Part shown: in pieces, positions 18,584 to 27,655 of the stretch
How the letters are laid out: every line of letters begins with the position of its first letter
Position numbering within the stretch: the first letter of the stretch is position 1
Origin: Candidatus Poriferihabitaceae bacterium
GTDB lineage: Bacteria > Pseudomonadota > Gammaproteobacteria > Arenicellales > Poriferihabitantaceae
Length of the DNA: 64,000 nt
Assembly (NCBI GenBank): GCA_965261915.1
Contig: CBDHDW010000013.1
Location: forward strand, 551,663 to 615,662
Direction: 5' to 3'
Notes under the pieces: generated by a model
Told to the model about the DNA's origin: nothing
Databases searched by the model: none
The model's input: the letters and a program-made list of their open reading frames with translations, nothing else
Program-made: the position numbers and the translations under genes

Positions 18584-18717
18584 GTTCAAAGACTGAAGTA
18601 CATGTGAGACAAAGTTGCTTAGACGTGTTTTTGGCATTCCTGCAGTCGCGAATGGACAAGTTTATTTTTCAACTTGGATCGACAATTCGCGATTATCATC
18701 AAACTCACTTAAACGAT

Positions 18718-19620
18718 ATGGCTGCAACTCAGGATATTCAAAACTTCTTAAACGGCTTCACCGCAGAAACCACACCGGGGTCTGCCGCAAAAATACCTGA
18801 TTTTCGCGAACACCTGCGTCAGGGGACTGTTGTGTATATCACGTTCCTACCGGGCTCGGATTTTAACGATACGGTTTCAGTAGCCAAACGTCTGCGCGAA
18901 CAAGGTTTCGTTGCCGTTCCCCATTTCGCAGCACGCAGCATAAAAGACAAAGCCACACTCAATGACTATCTCAGCCGTGTGGTAGGAGAAGCTGGCGTTG
19001 ACTGGACGCTTTGCATTGCGGGTGCAGTTGATCATCCTGTTGGTGAATTTTCCGATTCCACACAAATGCTGAATACGGGTCTTTTTGACAAACACGGAAT
19101 TAAGCGCATTGCACTCGCCGGCCACCCCGAAGGAAGTCCTGACATGAGCGATGAAGCAATAATGACCGCACTAAAATGGAAGAACAGCTTTAGCGATAAA
19201 ACCGATGCCGAGATGTATCTGGTAACGCAGTTTGCATTTGAATCAGAGCCCGTTATTAGCTGGGACCGAATGCTTCAATCCGAGGGTAACCGTCTACCCA
19301 TTCACATCGGCATGCCGGGTCTTGCCACATTAAAAACATTACTCATGCATGCCAAAGCGTGTGGAATTGGTGCTTCAATGAAGTTTCTCACCAAGCAGGC
19401 AAAAAATGTAACCAAACTGATGGTAGTGAATACACCCGATAAACTGGTTCGCGAGCTCGCGGACTATTGTGCACATGACGAAAACTCGGGAATCACAGGC
19501 GTCCATATGTATCCACTTGGCGGATTACGAAGAAGCGCAATCTGGAGTTACGCCGTAACCGACGGTCAATTCACGCTTAACGATAAAGGCGGATTCAAAG
19601 TCGATGTGGATTACAGTTAA
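18718..19620 (+). CDS. Methylenetetrahydrofolate reductase (MetF)-family protein
   Basis: Segments AGHPEGSP, VTQFAFE and IGMPGL parallel E. coli MetF (YPEVHPEA, TQFFFD, IPGILP). First ATG is at 18718; the ORF-track start at 18604 is a GTG just outside the IS end. Confidence 0.6.
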   Translation: MAATQDIQNFLNGFTAETTPGSAAKIPDFREHLRQGTVVYITFLPGSDFNDTVSVAKRLREQGFVAVPHFAARSIKDKATLNDYLSRVVGEAGVDWTLCIAGAVDHPVGEFSDSTQMLNTGLFDKHGIKRIALAGHPEGSPDMSDEAIMTALKWKNSFSDKTDAEMYLVTQFAFESEPVISWDRMLQSEGNRLPIHIGMPGLATLKTLLMHAKACGIGASMKFLTKQAKNVTKLMVVNTPDKLVRELADYCAHDENSGITGVHMYPLGGLRRSAIWSYAVTDGQFTLNDKGGFKVDVDYS

Positions 19621-19792
19621 CTGATTGGTTGCATCGGTGTTCTTCAAAAGTTGCACAACCGATTTGCTATAACCTATCTGGAGGGATTGCTTTTTTGTAA
19701 TGTCATCTTCAATGCCCAACATTGCAGTTCGAATTACAACACCGGATGACACTGTACCGCTTTGCAAACTCCTTAAATGAAATTAAGAGGAT

Positions 19793-20428
19793 TTACGACT
19801 CAACCAGAATTACATGAAATTTTCTGGGACCATGGGCCCCATATACAATGGTCTGTTCAATATCGGCCGTCTTCGAAGGCCCGGTAATCAAATTAATCGC
19901 TCTAGGTTGCTCGTCGATCAATGGCCACAAATCTTCTAGTGCCGGAATAATAGTTGAGCATTTCAGTACGGCGACATTGATCTCAGGAAGATAGTTTGGC
20001 GTTATCGGGGAATCTGCCCCTGAAATCATGGCAATGGTTCCGGTTTCTGCGATACCAGCAAAGGCCATGGTTACTGAAACCCGGTCCGATTTATTCGCCC
20101 TTCTAAAATCAGCTTGGCGCGGGCTCCAGTCTAGCTCGCTCAATTCAGGATGAGTAGATACCAGCAACACTCCGTTCTCCCTGATACTCCCCATAAACTT
20201 GTTTACCCGCATAGGTAATTCAGCAAGCCTGGAAATTCGCTCAGAAGTCCCATGAACCAGTGCCAGTTTGGTTGTGAAACTCGAAACATAGTCATCCAGC
20301 CACCCTTCCTCATATGAGGGCTCTGGCGGTTTAGGAATTGAACCCGAAACACCGCTTTGGGAACAAGTAGTGCTATTTTTTCGTATTCTTCCCAGAATCG
20401 ACTCGCGAGCTATTCTATTTCGTTCCAT
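19793..20428 (-). CDS. lutC: Lactate utilisation protein C (LUD domain)
   Basis: Follows lutA-lutB on the same strand, and the ATG at 20428 lies just after the lutB stop. The longer ORF-track start would overlap lutB. Confidence 0.7.
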   Translation of the reverse strand: MERNRIARESILGRIRKNSTTCSQSGVSGSIPKPPEPSYEEGWLDDYVSSFTTKLALVHGTSERISRLAELPMRVNKFMGSIRENGVLLVSTHPELSELDWSPRQADFRRANKSDRVSVTMAFAGIAETGTIAMISGADSPITPNYLPEINVAVLKCSTIIPALEDLWPLIDEQPRAINLITGPSKTADIEQTIVYGAHGPRKFHVILVES

Positions 20429-20432
20429 GTTG

Positions 20433-21848
20433 TTACCGGTTTCGCCACATACGCTGAAAAGTTGCTGATGATGGTGCTGGAAAATCACGCGAGACGGTCC
20501 AGGAATTTGCAAACAGCAATCTGCGGAAACGACCTCGTCTAGCCCTGGCAGATAATCGGTCAAACAAATAAAGTGATTTAGCGGACAAATTTGTCAAAAA
20601 ACGGTATAGCGTTGGACGTTTCGCAGCCTGGAACCAAAGTCCTATCCCAGCTGTTCTGTTGGTTTGGGATGATTCAGTCAAATCCATCCGGTGCTGGCGC
20701 AGCAAATCTGGCAGCGGTATTTTAACCGGGCAAACCGTTTGGCAGCGTCCGTTTAGGGTACAGGCGTTAGGTAAATCAGGTGCATTCTCACGACCAACCA
20801 GAATAGGTGTTAATACCGACCCCATGGGTCCCGGATAAACCCAACCGTATGCATGACCACCGATGCTGGTGTATACCGGACAATGATTCAGGCAAGCACC
20901 GCAACGTATGCATCGTAAAATATCCTGATAATCCGTACCCAAAATGTCGCTTCTGCCATTGTCCAGCAGCACGACATGAAACTCTTCGGGTCCGTCTAGA
21001 TCATCCGCCCTTTTTGGGCCATTAAACAACGTCGTATAGACGCTCATAATCTGCCCGGTGGCACTGCGCGTTAACAGGCGAAACAAACTGCCCAGCGAAT
21101 TCATATCCGGCACAATTTTCTCAATACTGGCGGTGACGATATGTACTTTGGGTAAACAGGAGCTCAGATCGCCATTACCTTCATTCGTAACAATGGCAAC
21201 AGAACCCGTTTCCGCTACCAGAAAATTACCGCCGGTGATGCCGACATCGGCGGTGCAGAAATGATCTCTCAAAATATGCCGTGCCTGATCAACAATTTCT
21301 TCGTGTGCCGTGACTTCCTGAAATCCCATATCCTTATGGTGCTCATAAAACAAATCGGTCACAGATTGCTTGGTTTTGTGAACAGCAGGCGCAATAATAT
21401 GACTTGGAGTCTCTTTCGCAAGTTGAATAATATATTCACCAAGATCAGTTTCAATCACATCAAACCCGGCGTTCTCCAAAGCCGCATTAGTGCCGGCTTC
21501 TTCTGAAATCATCGATTTTCCTTTTGCAATCTTCCTGGCCGCCACCCGTTTACAAATATCAACGATTATCTGGTTTGCTTCTTCCCCGTTTCGTGCCCAA
21601 TGGACCTGCCCACCCTGTTTGATCACATTGTTCTCAAACGTTTTCAGGTAATACTCAAGGTTTTCCAGCGTGTGATTTTTTAAGGCTTTTCCAAACTCAC
21701 GATAAGTTTCGAAATTAAGCAGTTCCTCGGTAACTTTCTTCCGTGTATTAACAAACCCGCCCTCTGCCTTCGCCATCGCTGCTCGAAGGTCATCATCGAG
21801 CAAAGCTTTTCGTGCAGCCGATTTGAATTTGTGAGTTCTAACTTCCAT
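20433..21848 (-). CDS. lutB: Lactate utilisation protein B (LUD domain + 4Fe-4S)
   Basis: 471 aa with the CIRCGACLNHCPVY ferredoxin motif and a family-typical N-terminus. Confidence 0.8.
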   Translation of the reverse strand: MEVRTHKFKSAARKALLDDDLRAAMAKAEGGFVNTRKKVTEELLNFETYREFGKALKNHTLENLEYYLKTFENNVIKQGGQVHWARNGEEANQIIVDICKRVAARKIAKGKSMISEEAGTNAALENAGFDVIETDLGEYIIQLAKETPSHIIAPAVHKTKQSVTDLFYEHHKDMGFQEVTAHEEIVDQARHILRDHFCTADVGITGGNFLVAETGSVAIVTNEGNGDLSSCLPKVHIVTASIEKIVPDMNSLGSLFRLLTRSATGQIMSVYTTLFNGPKRADDLDGPEEFHVVLLDNGRSDILGTDYQDILRCIRCGACLNHCPVYTSIGGHAYGWVYPGPMGSVLTPILVGRENAPDLPNACTLNGRCQTVCPVKIPLPDLLRQHRMDLTESSQTNRTAGIGLWFQAAKRPTLYRFLTNLSAKSLYLFDRLSARARRGRFRRLLFANSWTVSRDFPAPSSATFQRMWRNR

Positions 21849-21867
21849 TCTTCAATTGAGCTCGACG

Positions 21868-22656
21868 TTAATTATCAACCTTAGGTTTTTCGGCAATCCC
21901 GTTATCCACCACATCGCCACTTAAAATTTCAGCGTAGTGATACACCTGGGTTGGTTTGCCCTGACGTTTCAGTCTGCCCGCCATATTCATCAAACAGCCA
22001 AGGTCACCACCCAGAACAATGTCCGCATCCGTGTGCTCCAATCCGGCGATCTTGTTATCGACCATGCGCGTCGAAATCTCCGGAAACTTGACACAAAATG
22101 TACCGCCGAAACCGCAGCAAATCTCTGAATTCTCCATTTCGCTAATCACAATACCCTGACTGTTTTTAAGCAGCTTCCTAGGCTGTGACCGTATTCCGAG
22201 CTCTCTTAGACCTGAACAGGAATCATGATAGCTGAATTTTTTTTCTGGCCATTGGTTTGTTTCCAGAAACTCGACATCTACGCCAAGAACATCAATCAAA
22301 TACTGAGAAAGCTCCCAGGTTTTTGCCGCTACAGCCTGACTCCGTACATGCCACTCTGAATCGGCTTCAAATAATCGAGGATAATGAATTTTCACCATGG
22401 CGGCACAAGAGCCAGAGGGGGCTACGACATAATCAAAAGATTCAAACTGTGCTATAAAATTTTGCGCTAATTCCCTGGTTTTGTGTTTTTCGCCCGAATT
22501 ATATGCCGGTTGGCCGCAACAGGTTTGCGCTGGAACTGAGACAGTGGCGCCGTATTTTTCGAGCAGTTTGACAGCAGAAAATGCGACGGATGGTCGAAAC
22601 AAATCCGCCAGACAAGTAACGAACAAAGCCACATTGTTTGCTGAATCACTCGTCAT
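21868..22656 (-). CDS. lutA: Lactate utilisation protein A, (Fe-S)-binding CCG-domain protein
   Basis: VALFVTCLADLFRP and TCCGQP CCG motifs; first gene of the lutABC order. Confidence 0.8.
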   Translation of the reverse strand: MTSDSANNVALFVTCLADLFRPSVAFSAVKLLEKYGATVSVPAQTCCGQPAYNSGEKHKTRELAQNFIAQFESFDYVVAPSGSCAAMVKIHYPRLFEADSEWHVRSQAVAAKTWELSQYLIDVLGVDVEFLETNQWPEKKFSYHDSCSGLRELGIRSQPRKLLKNSQGIVISEMENSEICCGFGGTFCVKFPEISTRMVDNKIAGLEHTDADIVLGGDLGCLMNMAGRLKRQGKPTQVYHYAEILSGDVVDNGIAEKPKVDN

Positions 22657-22698
22657 CGTCGAAAACCAGAACCTGAATTCTAAAACCGGATAGCCAGA

Positions 22699-23526
22699 CT
22701 AAGCATCGATGATGCCGCTGATCTGCTGATTTAATTTGCGCACTTCCTGAGCCGAGGCCTGGGCGAAATCGTCACCGTCACTGGCATAAATTACGCTTCG
22801 GGAAACGTTAATAATCAAGCCCTCGTTGTTTGAATTTAATCCGCATTGAATGACGCTCTCCAAATCTCCGCCCTGAGCCCCAATCCCGGGAACCAGTAAC
22901 GGCATATCACCGACAATTGATCGCACTCGCGCCAAAACCTCTGGATAGGTAGCACCCACGACCAGGGCGATATTATGATTCCCGTTCCAGTCGACTGCCG
23001 CTCGCTTTGCAACGATTTCGAACAGCAAACCCTGGTCTGTGGAGAGCTCCTGGAATTCGCCACTCCCCTGATTTGATGTACGGCATAATACGATGACACC
23101 TCGATCCTGATATTCGGTAAACGGTTGCAGCGTATCCCCACCCATATAAGGATTCACCGTTACCGCGTCTGCCATATATCGATCAAATGCTTCAATGGCA
23201 TACATCTGCGCCGTCGCCCCGATATCGTTTCGTTTGGCATCCAGAATTACCGGGATATCCGGGTAGTGCTTTTTGATATATTGAATGGTTTGTTCAAGCT
23301 GATCTTCCGCTCCCACAGCAGCATAATATGCAATTTGCGGCTTGTACGCACAAACCAGCCCAGCCGTGGCATCAATTATTGCCTGATTAAATTTAAAGAT
23401 CGGCAGCTCTTCTTCTCGAAGCGACTTGGGCAGCTTTCTCAAATCGGGATCCAGTCCCACACACACCATGCTCCCGGTATCTCGCCAACGCTGCTCTAAC
23501 GATTGATAAAAAATACTCATAGTCAA
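22699..23526 (-). CDS. pyrF: Orotidine 5'-phosphate decarboxylase, type 2
   Basis: 275 aa with the VCVGLDPD and LDAKRNDIG motifs. Confidence 0.85.
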   Translation of the reverse strand: MTMSIFYQSLEQRWRDTGSMVCVGLDPDLRKLPKSLREEELPIFKFNQAIIDATAGLVCAYKPQIAYYAAVGAEDQLEQTIQYIKKHYPDIPVILDAKRNDIGATAQMYAIEAFDRYMADAVTVNPYMGGDTLQPFTEYQDRGVIVLCRTSNQGSGEFQELSTDQGLLFEIVAKRAAVDWNGNHNIALVVGATYPEVLARVRSIVGDMPLLVPGIGAQGGDLESVIQCGLNSNNEGLIINVSRSVIYASDGDDFAQASAQEVRKLNQQISGIIDA

Positions 23527-23564
23527 ATTGTAAACCTGCTGTATATGATTAACCGAAGCTTTTT

Positions 23565-25943
23565 CTAAAGCTCCCGCAGTTCTGGCAAAAACACAGACTG
23601 CCCTACTTTCAACTGGCTAATTTTGAGTTCAGGGTTAAGCCGATAAAATAGCCATACAGGAAATCCGGATTTTTCGGAAAGCAGCCAGATTGAATCACCA
23701 GATCTAATTTTATACTGCTTTACACCAGTCAGTGTAAAGTTGGCTTTAAGTTCTTCACTCAGGACCTGATGGTATTCGACACGTTTACGCTCAAAACGAG
23801 AAACTTCTGCACCACCAGTAACAGGAAGCTTCAATGACGTTCCTATTTTTACCTGAGATTGTTTTAGGTTGTTGATTTTTCTAATCTTTGCAGTGGAAGA
23901 CATGCCCAGCCAATCTGCGTAGTGAGCCAACGTTTCATCCGCTTCTACCCATATGCGATAGACTGGCTCACCATTCTGGTCTGTAATAGAAACGGAAAGA
24001 TCAGGCAATGCGTCCAGCAGGTTCGCAATCCCTGGGGAACTGGCAGACTGATCCTGATCGTTTTCCGCAGTTTGTTTTGCAGCATTCTCCAGCGCCTTTT
24101 CAACTTCTGCCAACGCAACCACCGTTTCGCTGGTATCGGGTATTTCAAGCCCAGGTACGATCAATTTCTGGCCAGGGTAAATGGTTGCTTTTTTATTGAG
24201 ATTATTCACCTTTAGAAGCTGTGAACAGCTGACTTTTAGTCTGCGCGCAATCGAACAGGCGAAATCGCCTTTTTTCACCAGATAGCGATTGTTCTCATCG
24301 AGCAAAATCTTGTCAGGTGACGTAGATGAACTTCCGCGAATAGTGAGTATTTGTCCAATGTATATTGTTGCTTTTCTACCGAGAGAATTCACCGATATCA
24401 GTTTTCGACAGGAAATTCCGTACCTTGATGCAATGCCGCAGGCAGTATCACCTTTTCGAACCTGATATTGAGAAAATTCTGTTGACGAAGTCGCTCTCCT
24501 GACGACGGTTTTTTCCGGACCTCGATCAGAAGGTTCGGTAACCACAACCATTCGACGCGGTATCTCCAGCTTTTGGCCGATTCTGATCAATGCCCGCTTG
24601 CCGAGCTGATTCATGCGTACAAGCGCCTTACAGTTAACCTGCAGCGCCCTGGCGATACCACATGCCGTGTCCCCTTTCCTGACGACATAATTTTCTGACC
24701 CCGGTGCAACCGTTTCCGGTGTCATCGAATTCAACCGTGCAATTTGCGCATCATAACCGGCATTATTGCCTGGTAACTTTAGCTGATAGCCAGAGGGAAT
24801 CATCCTCCACCCATTCCAGACAAAGCGCGTTAATCCCAGGTTAATTGGTTTTAAATCATCTTCACTAACAGAGAAAACCTTTGTTATTCGGTCAACCGAT
24901 GTAGCGTGCTGGAGAACAACGGTATGATACTGCCGCTTTTGTTCCAGCGCGTATGCGGCAAAATATCGAGCTGAATTCAACGCAACATGACGGGCGGCTA
25001 AAAAGCTGGAATAAAAATTTTTCACCGCAACCTGAAATGCAGGAGATTTATAATTGTTGAGTACGGTTAGATAATCCGGCTCCACATTGCGAATCGCACG
25101 CCGCATCCCGTTTACGCCATAATTATAGGACGTAATCACAAACGGGCTAATTTCTTCATCTCGAATGGAAGGATCAATGGATCTGGCGAGTTTGGTTAGC
25201 GATGATCGTGCATTGAGCAGATACTTCGCCGCTGCCCGGGTAGCCGCTTCCGGATCGAGCCTTTCGTCTATGGTCGCATTTAACTCAAGTCCAAGCACGC
25301 GCGCGGTCCGTGGCATAATTTGCCACATACCCGCAGCCCCCACTTTGGAATATGCCGCGGGGTTGTAGGATGATTCAACAAACGGCAGATAGCGTATGTC
25401 GGCAGGCAGCCCAGATTGCTTCATCACCGTGTCCACCATATCGCTATAACGATTAAATCGCTTGAGCCCGGCCAAATAACTCTCCTTTACACCGCTTTGA
25501 CAGCGAATTTTCTCGGAAGCATTGCGAAGTGTCCGTGCAGTGGGATTTTCGAACATATCTGCGTAGTGCTGATCGTCATTTGAAAGATTCGCTCCGGATT
25601 CAAGTTTTGCCGCAACGTTATACAGCGTAGTTTTGATCCTTTTACGCTCTTTACTGATTTTTGATTTTGCACCACGACCACAACCTTCACCGGTTTCGAC
25701 AACCGAATACACGCGTTCCGGCCGGTTTGGGTCATGAAATATGGCTTTTGTCTTGTCCCATCCTTTAAAGACCTGAATCCAGAAATCAATGCGTCGATGT
25801 AATGGCTGTGGACAAGGAAAATCCTTGCTGCAATTTAGCTCGTGAGTTGGAACCAGATGATGCGCCCTGGCATCAGACGAAAATAGTATTGACGCAATTA
25901 GCCCCGAACAAATAAGTAAACTGAGAATTCGAATTTTAATCAA
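23565..25943 (-). CDS. mltD: Membrane-bound lytic murein transglycosylase D-like protein with five LysM repeats
   Basis: SLT catalytic region ..FVESSYNPAAYSKVGAAGMWQIMPRTA.. followed by five LysM-like repeats; has an N-terminal signal/anchor. Confidence 0.8.
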   Translation of the reverse strand: MIKIRILSLLICSGLIASILFSSDARAHHLVPTHELNCSKDFPCPQPLHRRIDFWIQVFKGWDKTKAIFHDPNRPERVYSVVETGEGCGRGAKSKISKERKRIKTTLYNVAAKLESGANLSNDDQHYADMFENPTARTLRNASEKIRCQSGVKESYLAGLKRFNRYSDMVDTVMKQSGLPADIRYLPFVESSYNPAAYSKVGAAGMWQIMPRTARVLGLELNATIDERLDPEAATRAAAKYLLNARSSLTKLARSIDPSIRDEEISPFVITSYNYGVNGMRRAIRNVEPDYLTVLNNYKSPAFQVAVKNFYSSFLAARHVALNSARYFAAYALEQKRQYHTVVLQHATSVDRITKVFSVSEDDLKPINLGLTRFVWNGWRMIPSGYQLKLPGNNAGYDAQIARLNSMTPETVAPGSENYVVRKGDTACGIARALQVNCKALVRMNQLGKRALIRIGQKLEIPRRMVVVTEPSDRGPEKTVVRRATSSTEFSQYQVRKGDTACGIASRYGISCRKLISVNSLGRKATIYIGQILTIRGSSSTSPDKILLDENNRYLVKKGDFACSIARRLKVSCSQLLKVNNLNKKATIYPGQKLIVPGLEIPDTSETVVALAEVEKALENAAKQTAENDQDQSASSPGIANLLDALPDLSVSITDQNGEPVYRIWVEADETLAHYADWLGMSSTAKIRKINNLKQSQVKIGTSLKLPVTGGAEVSRFERKRVEYHQVLSEELKANFTLTGVKQYKIRSGDSIWLLSEKSGFPVWLFYRLNPELKISQLKVGQSVFLPELREL

Positions 25944-26110
25944 TGGGGGCGAATGCGAAAGTACAAATCAAGACGGGTATTCTACGTTAATCAGCACAAC
26001 CAACAACTGAATAAATTGAACTAATTTCACACCATCCTATTTGACCTTGCCGGTTACAGAAGATATAAGATAATTCTAACAAAACAATTGAACAATCGCG
26101 CGACCTGAAC

Positions 26111-27637
26111 ATGACGATCATTAAAGAATCTGACCTAATTGAGAGTATCGCTGATGCACTGCAATATATTTCCTATTATCACTCCCGTGATTTTGTAGAT
26201 GCAATGTATAACGCTTACGAAAAAGAGCAATCGGAAACCGCCAAAAATGCGATTTCGCAAATCCTAATCAATTCCAGAATGTCTGCAGAAGGTAGGCGGC
26301 CAATTTGTCAGGATACCGGCATTGTTGTGATCTTCGCAAAAATCGGCATGAATATTCAATGGCAGGCGAAACACCCGTTTGAAGATATGGTTAACGAGGG
26401 TGTACGCCAAGCATATTTGAATCCAGAAAATCCCTTACGCGCATCGATTGTTTCACCTCCGATTGGCATTAGAAAAAATACTCAGGACAACACCCCAGCG
26501 GTTATTCATACCCAAATCGTGCCCGGAGACACGCTTGAAGTAACGGTTTCCGCCAAGGGTGGCGGCTCGGAAAACAAAAGCAAATTTACCATTCTTAACC
26601 CTAGCGATAGTGTGGTGGACTGGGTGCTGGAAACCGTTCCAAAAATGGGTGCAGGTTGGTGTCCTCCAGGCGTCCTCGGAATTGGTATTGGCGGAAGTGC
26701 GGAAAAAGCCATGTTGATGGCCAAAGAGTCGTTGATGGAACCCATAGATATACAATCACTAATAGAAAAAGGCCCCACCAGTTCGGTGGAAGAACTGCGT
26801 CTGGAATTATTTGAGAGAGTCAATCTACTGGGAATTGGAGCGCAGGGTCTTGGCGGAGTTACAACTGTTCTCGATGTCAAGGTCAGCGAATACCCAACCC
26901 ATGCGGCGTCGCTACCCATTGCCATGATTCCAAACTGCGCTGCCACGCGTCATGCACATTTCACCCTGAATGGTTCCGGCCCAGCTGCTTTGCAGCAACC
27001 GAAGCTATCCGACTGGCCAAAAATCACCCAACAACGCAGCGACGATACACTGGACGTCGATTTAAACACCGTTACCCGAGCGCAGGTAAATACCTGGAAA
27101 CCTGGTCAAACCTTACTACTTTCCGGGAAAATTCTAACTGGACGTGATGCTGCGCACAAACGTATTGCTGAATATGTTGAACGGGGTGAACCACTTCCAA
27201 ACGGAGTCGATTTCAAAGGTAAGTTTATCTACTACGTTGGCCCGGTCGATGCCGTAGGTAACGAAGCAGTCGGTCCAGCTGGCCCTACAACTGCAACGCG
27301 CATGGATAAATTTAGCTCTCTAATGCTTGATAAAGTGGGTGTCATGGGAATGATTGGTAAAGCGGAACGGGGGTCTGATACAGTGGAACAGATAAAGCAG
27401 CACAAATCTGCCTATCTTATTGCGGTCGGCGGTGCCGCCTATCTGGTTTCAAAGGCAATTAAATCAGCAAAAGTGGTCGCATTCGAAGATTTGGGTATGG
27501 AAGCGATCTATGAATTTGAAGTTGAGGAAATGCCGGTAACGGTTGCAGTAGACAGTTATGGCGACTCGGTACATCAGTCCGGGCCAAATCATTGGAAGCA
27601 AAAACTGGTCAAAATTCCGCTTGAGTCAGTAATCTAG
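26111..27637 (+). CDS. fumA: Class I (Fe-S) fumarate hydratase
   Basis: 508 aa with the ICQDTGI motif and fused alpha/beta domains. Confidence 0.85.
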   Translation: MTIIKESDLIESIADALQYISYYHSRDFVDAMYNAYEKEQSETAKNAISQILINSRMSAEGRRPICQDTGIVVIFAKIGMNIQWQAKHPFEDMVNEGVRQAYLNPENPLRASIVSPPIGIRKNTQDNTPAVIHTQIVPGDTLEVTVSAKGGGSENKSKFTILNPSDSVVDWVLETVPKMGAGWCPPGVLGIGIGGSAEKAMLMAKESLMEPIDIQSLIEKGPTSSVEELRLELFERVNLLGIGAQGLGGVTTVLDVKVSEYPTHAASLPIAMIPNCAATRHAHFTLNGSGPAALQQPKLSDWPKITQQRSDDTLDVDLNTVTRAQVNTWKPGQTLLLSGKILTGRDAAHKRIAEYVERGEPLPNGVDFKGKFIYYVGPVDAVGNEAVGPAGPTTATRMDKFSSLMLDKVGVMGMIGKAERGSDTVEQIKQHKSAYLIAVGGAAYLVSKAIKSAKVVAFEDLGMEAIYEFEVEEMPVTVAVDSYGDSVHQSGPNHWKQKLVKIPLESVI

Positions 27638-27655
27638 CTTGCTTCTGGAATGGCC

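Noticed and set aside
26453-26946. Minus-strand ORFs inside fumA (26453..26755, 26506..26946)
   Set aside because: They are antisense to a highly conserved class I fumarase frame.
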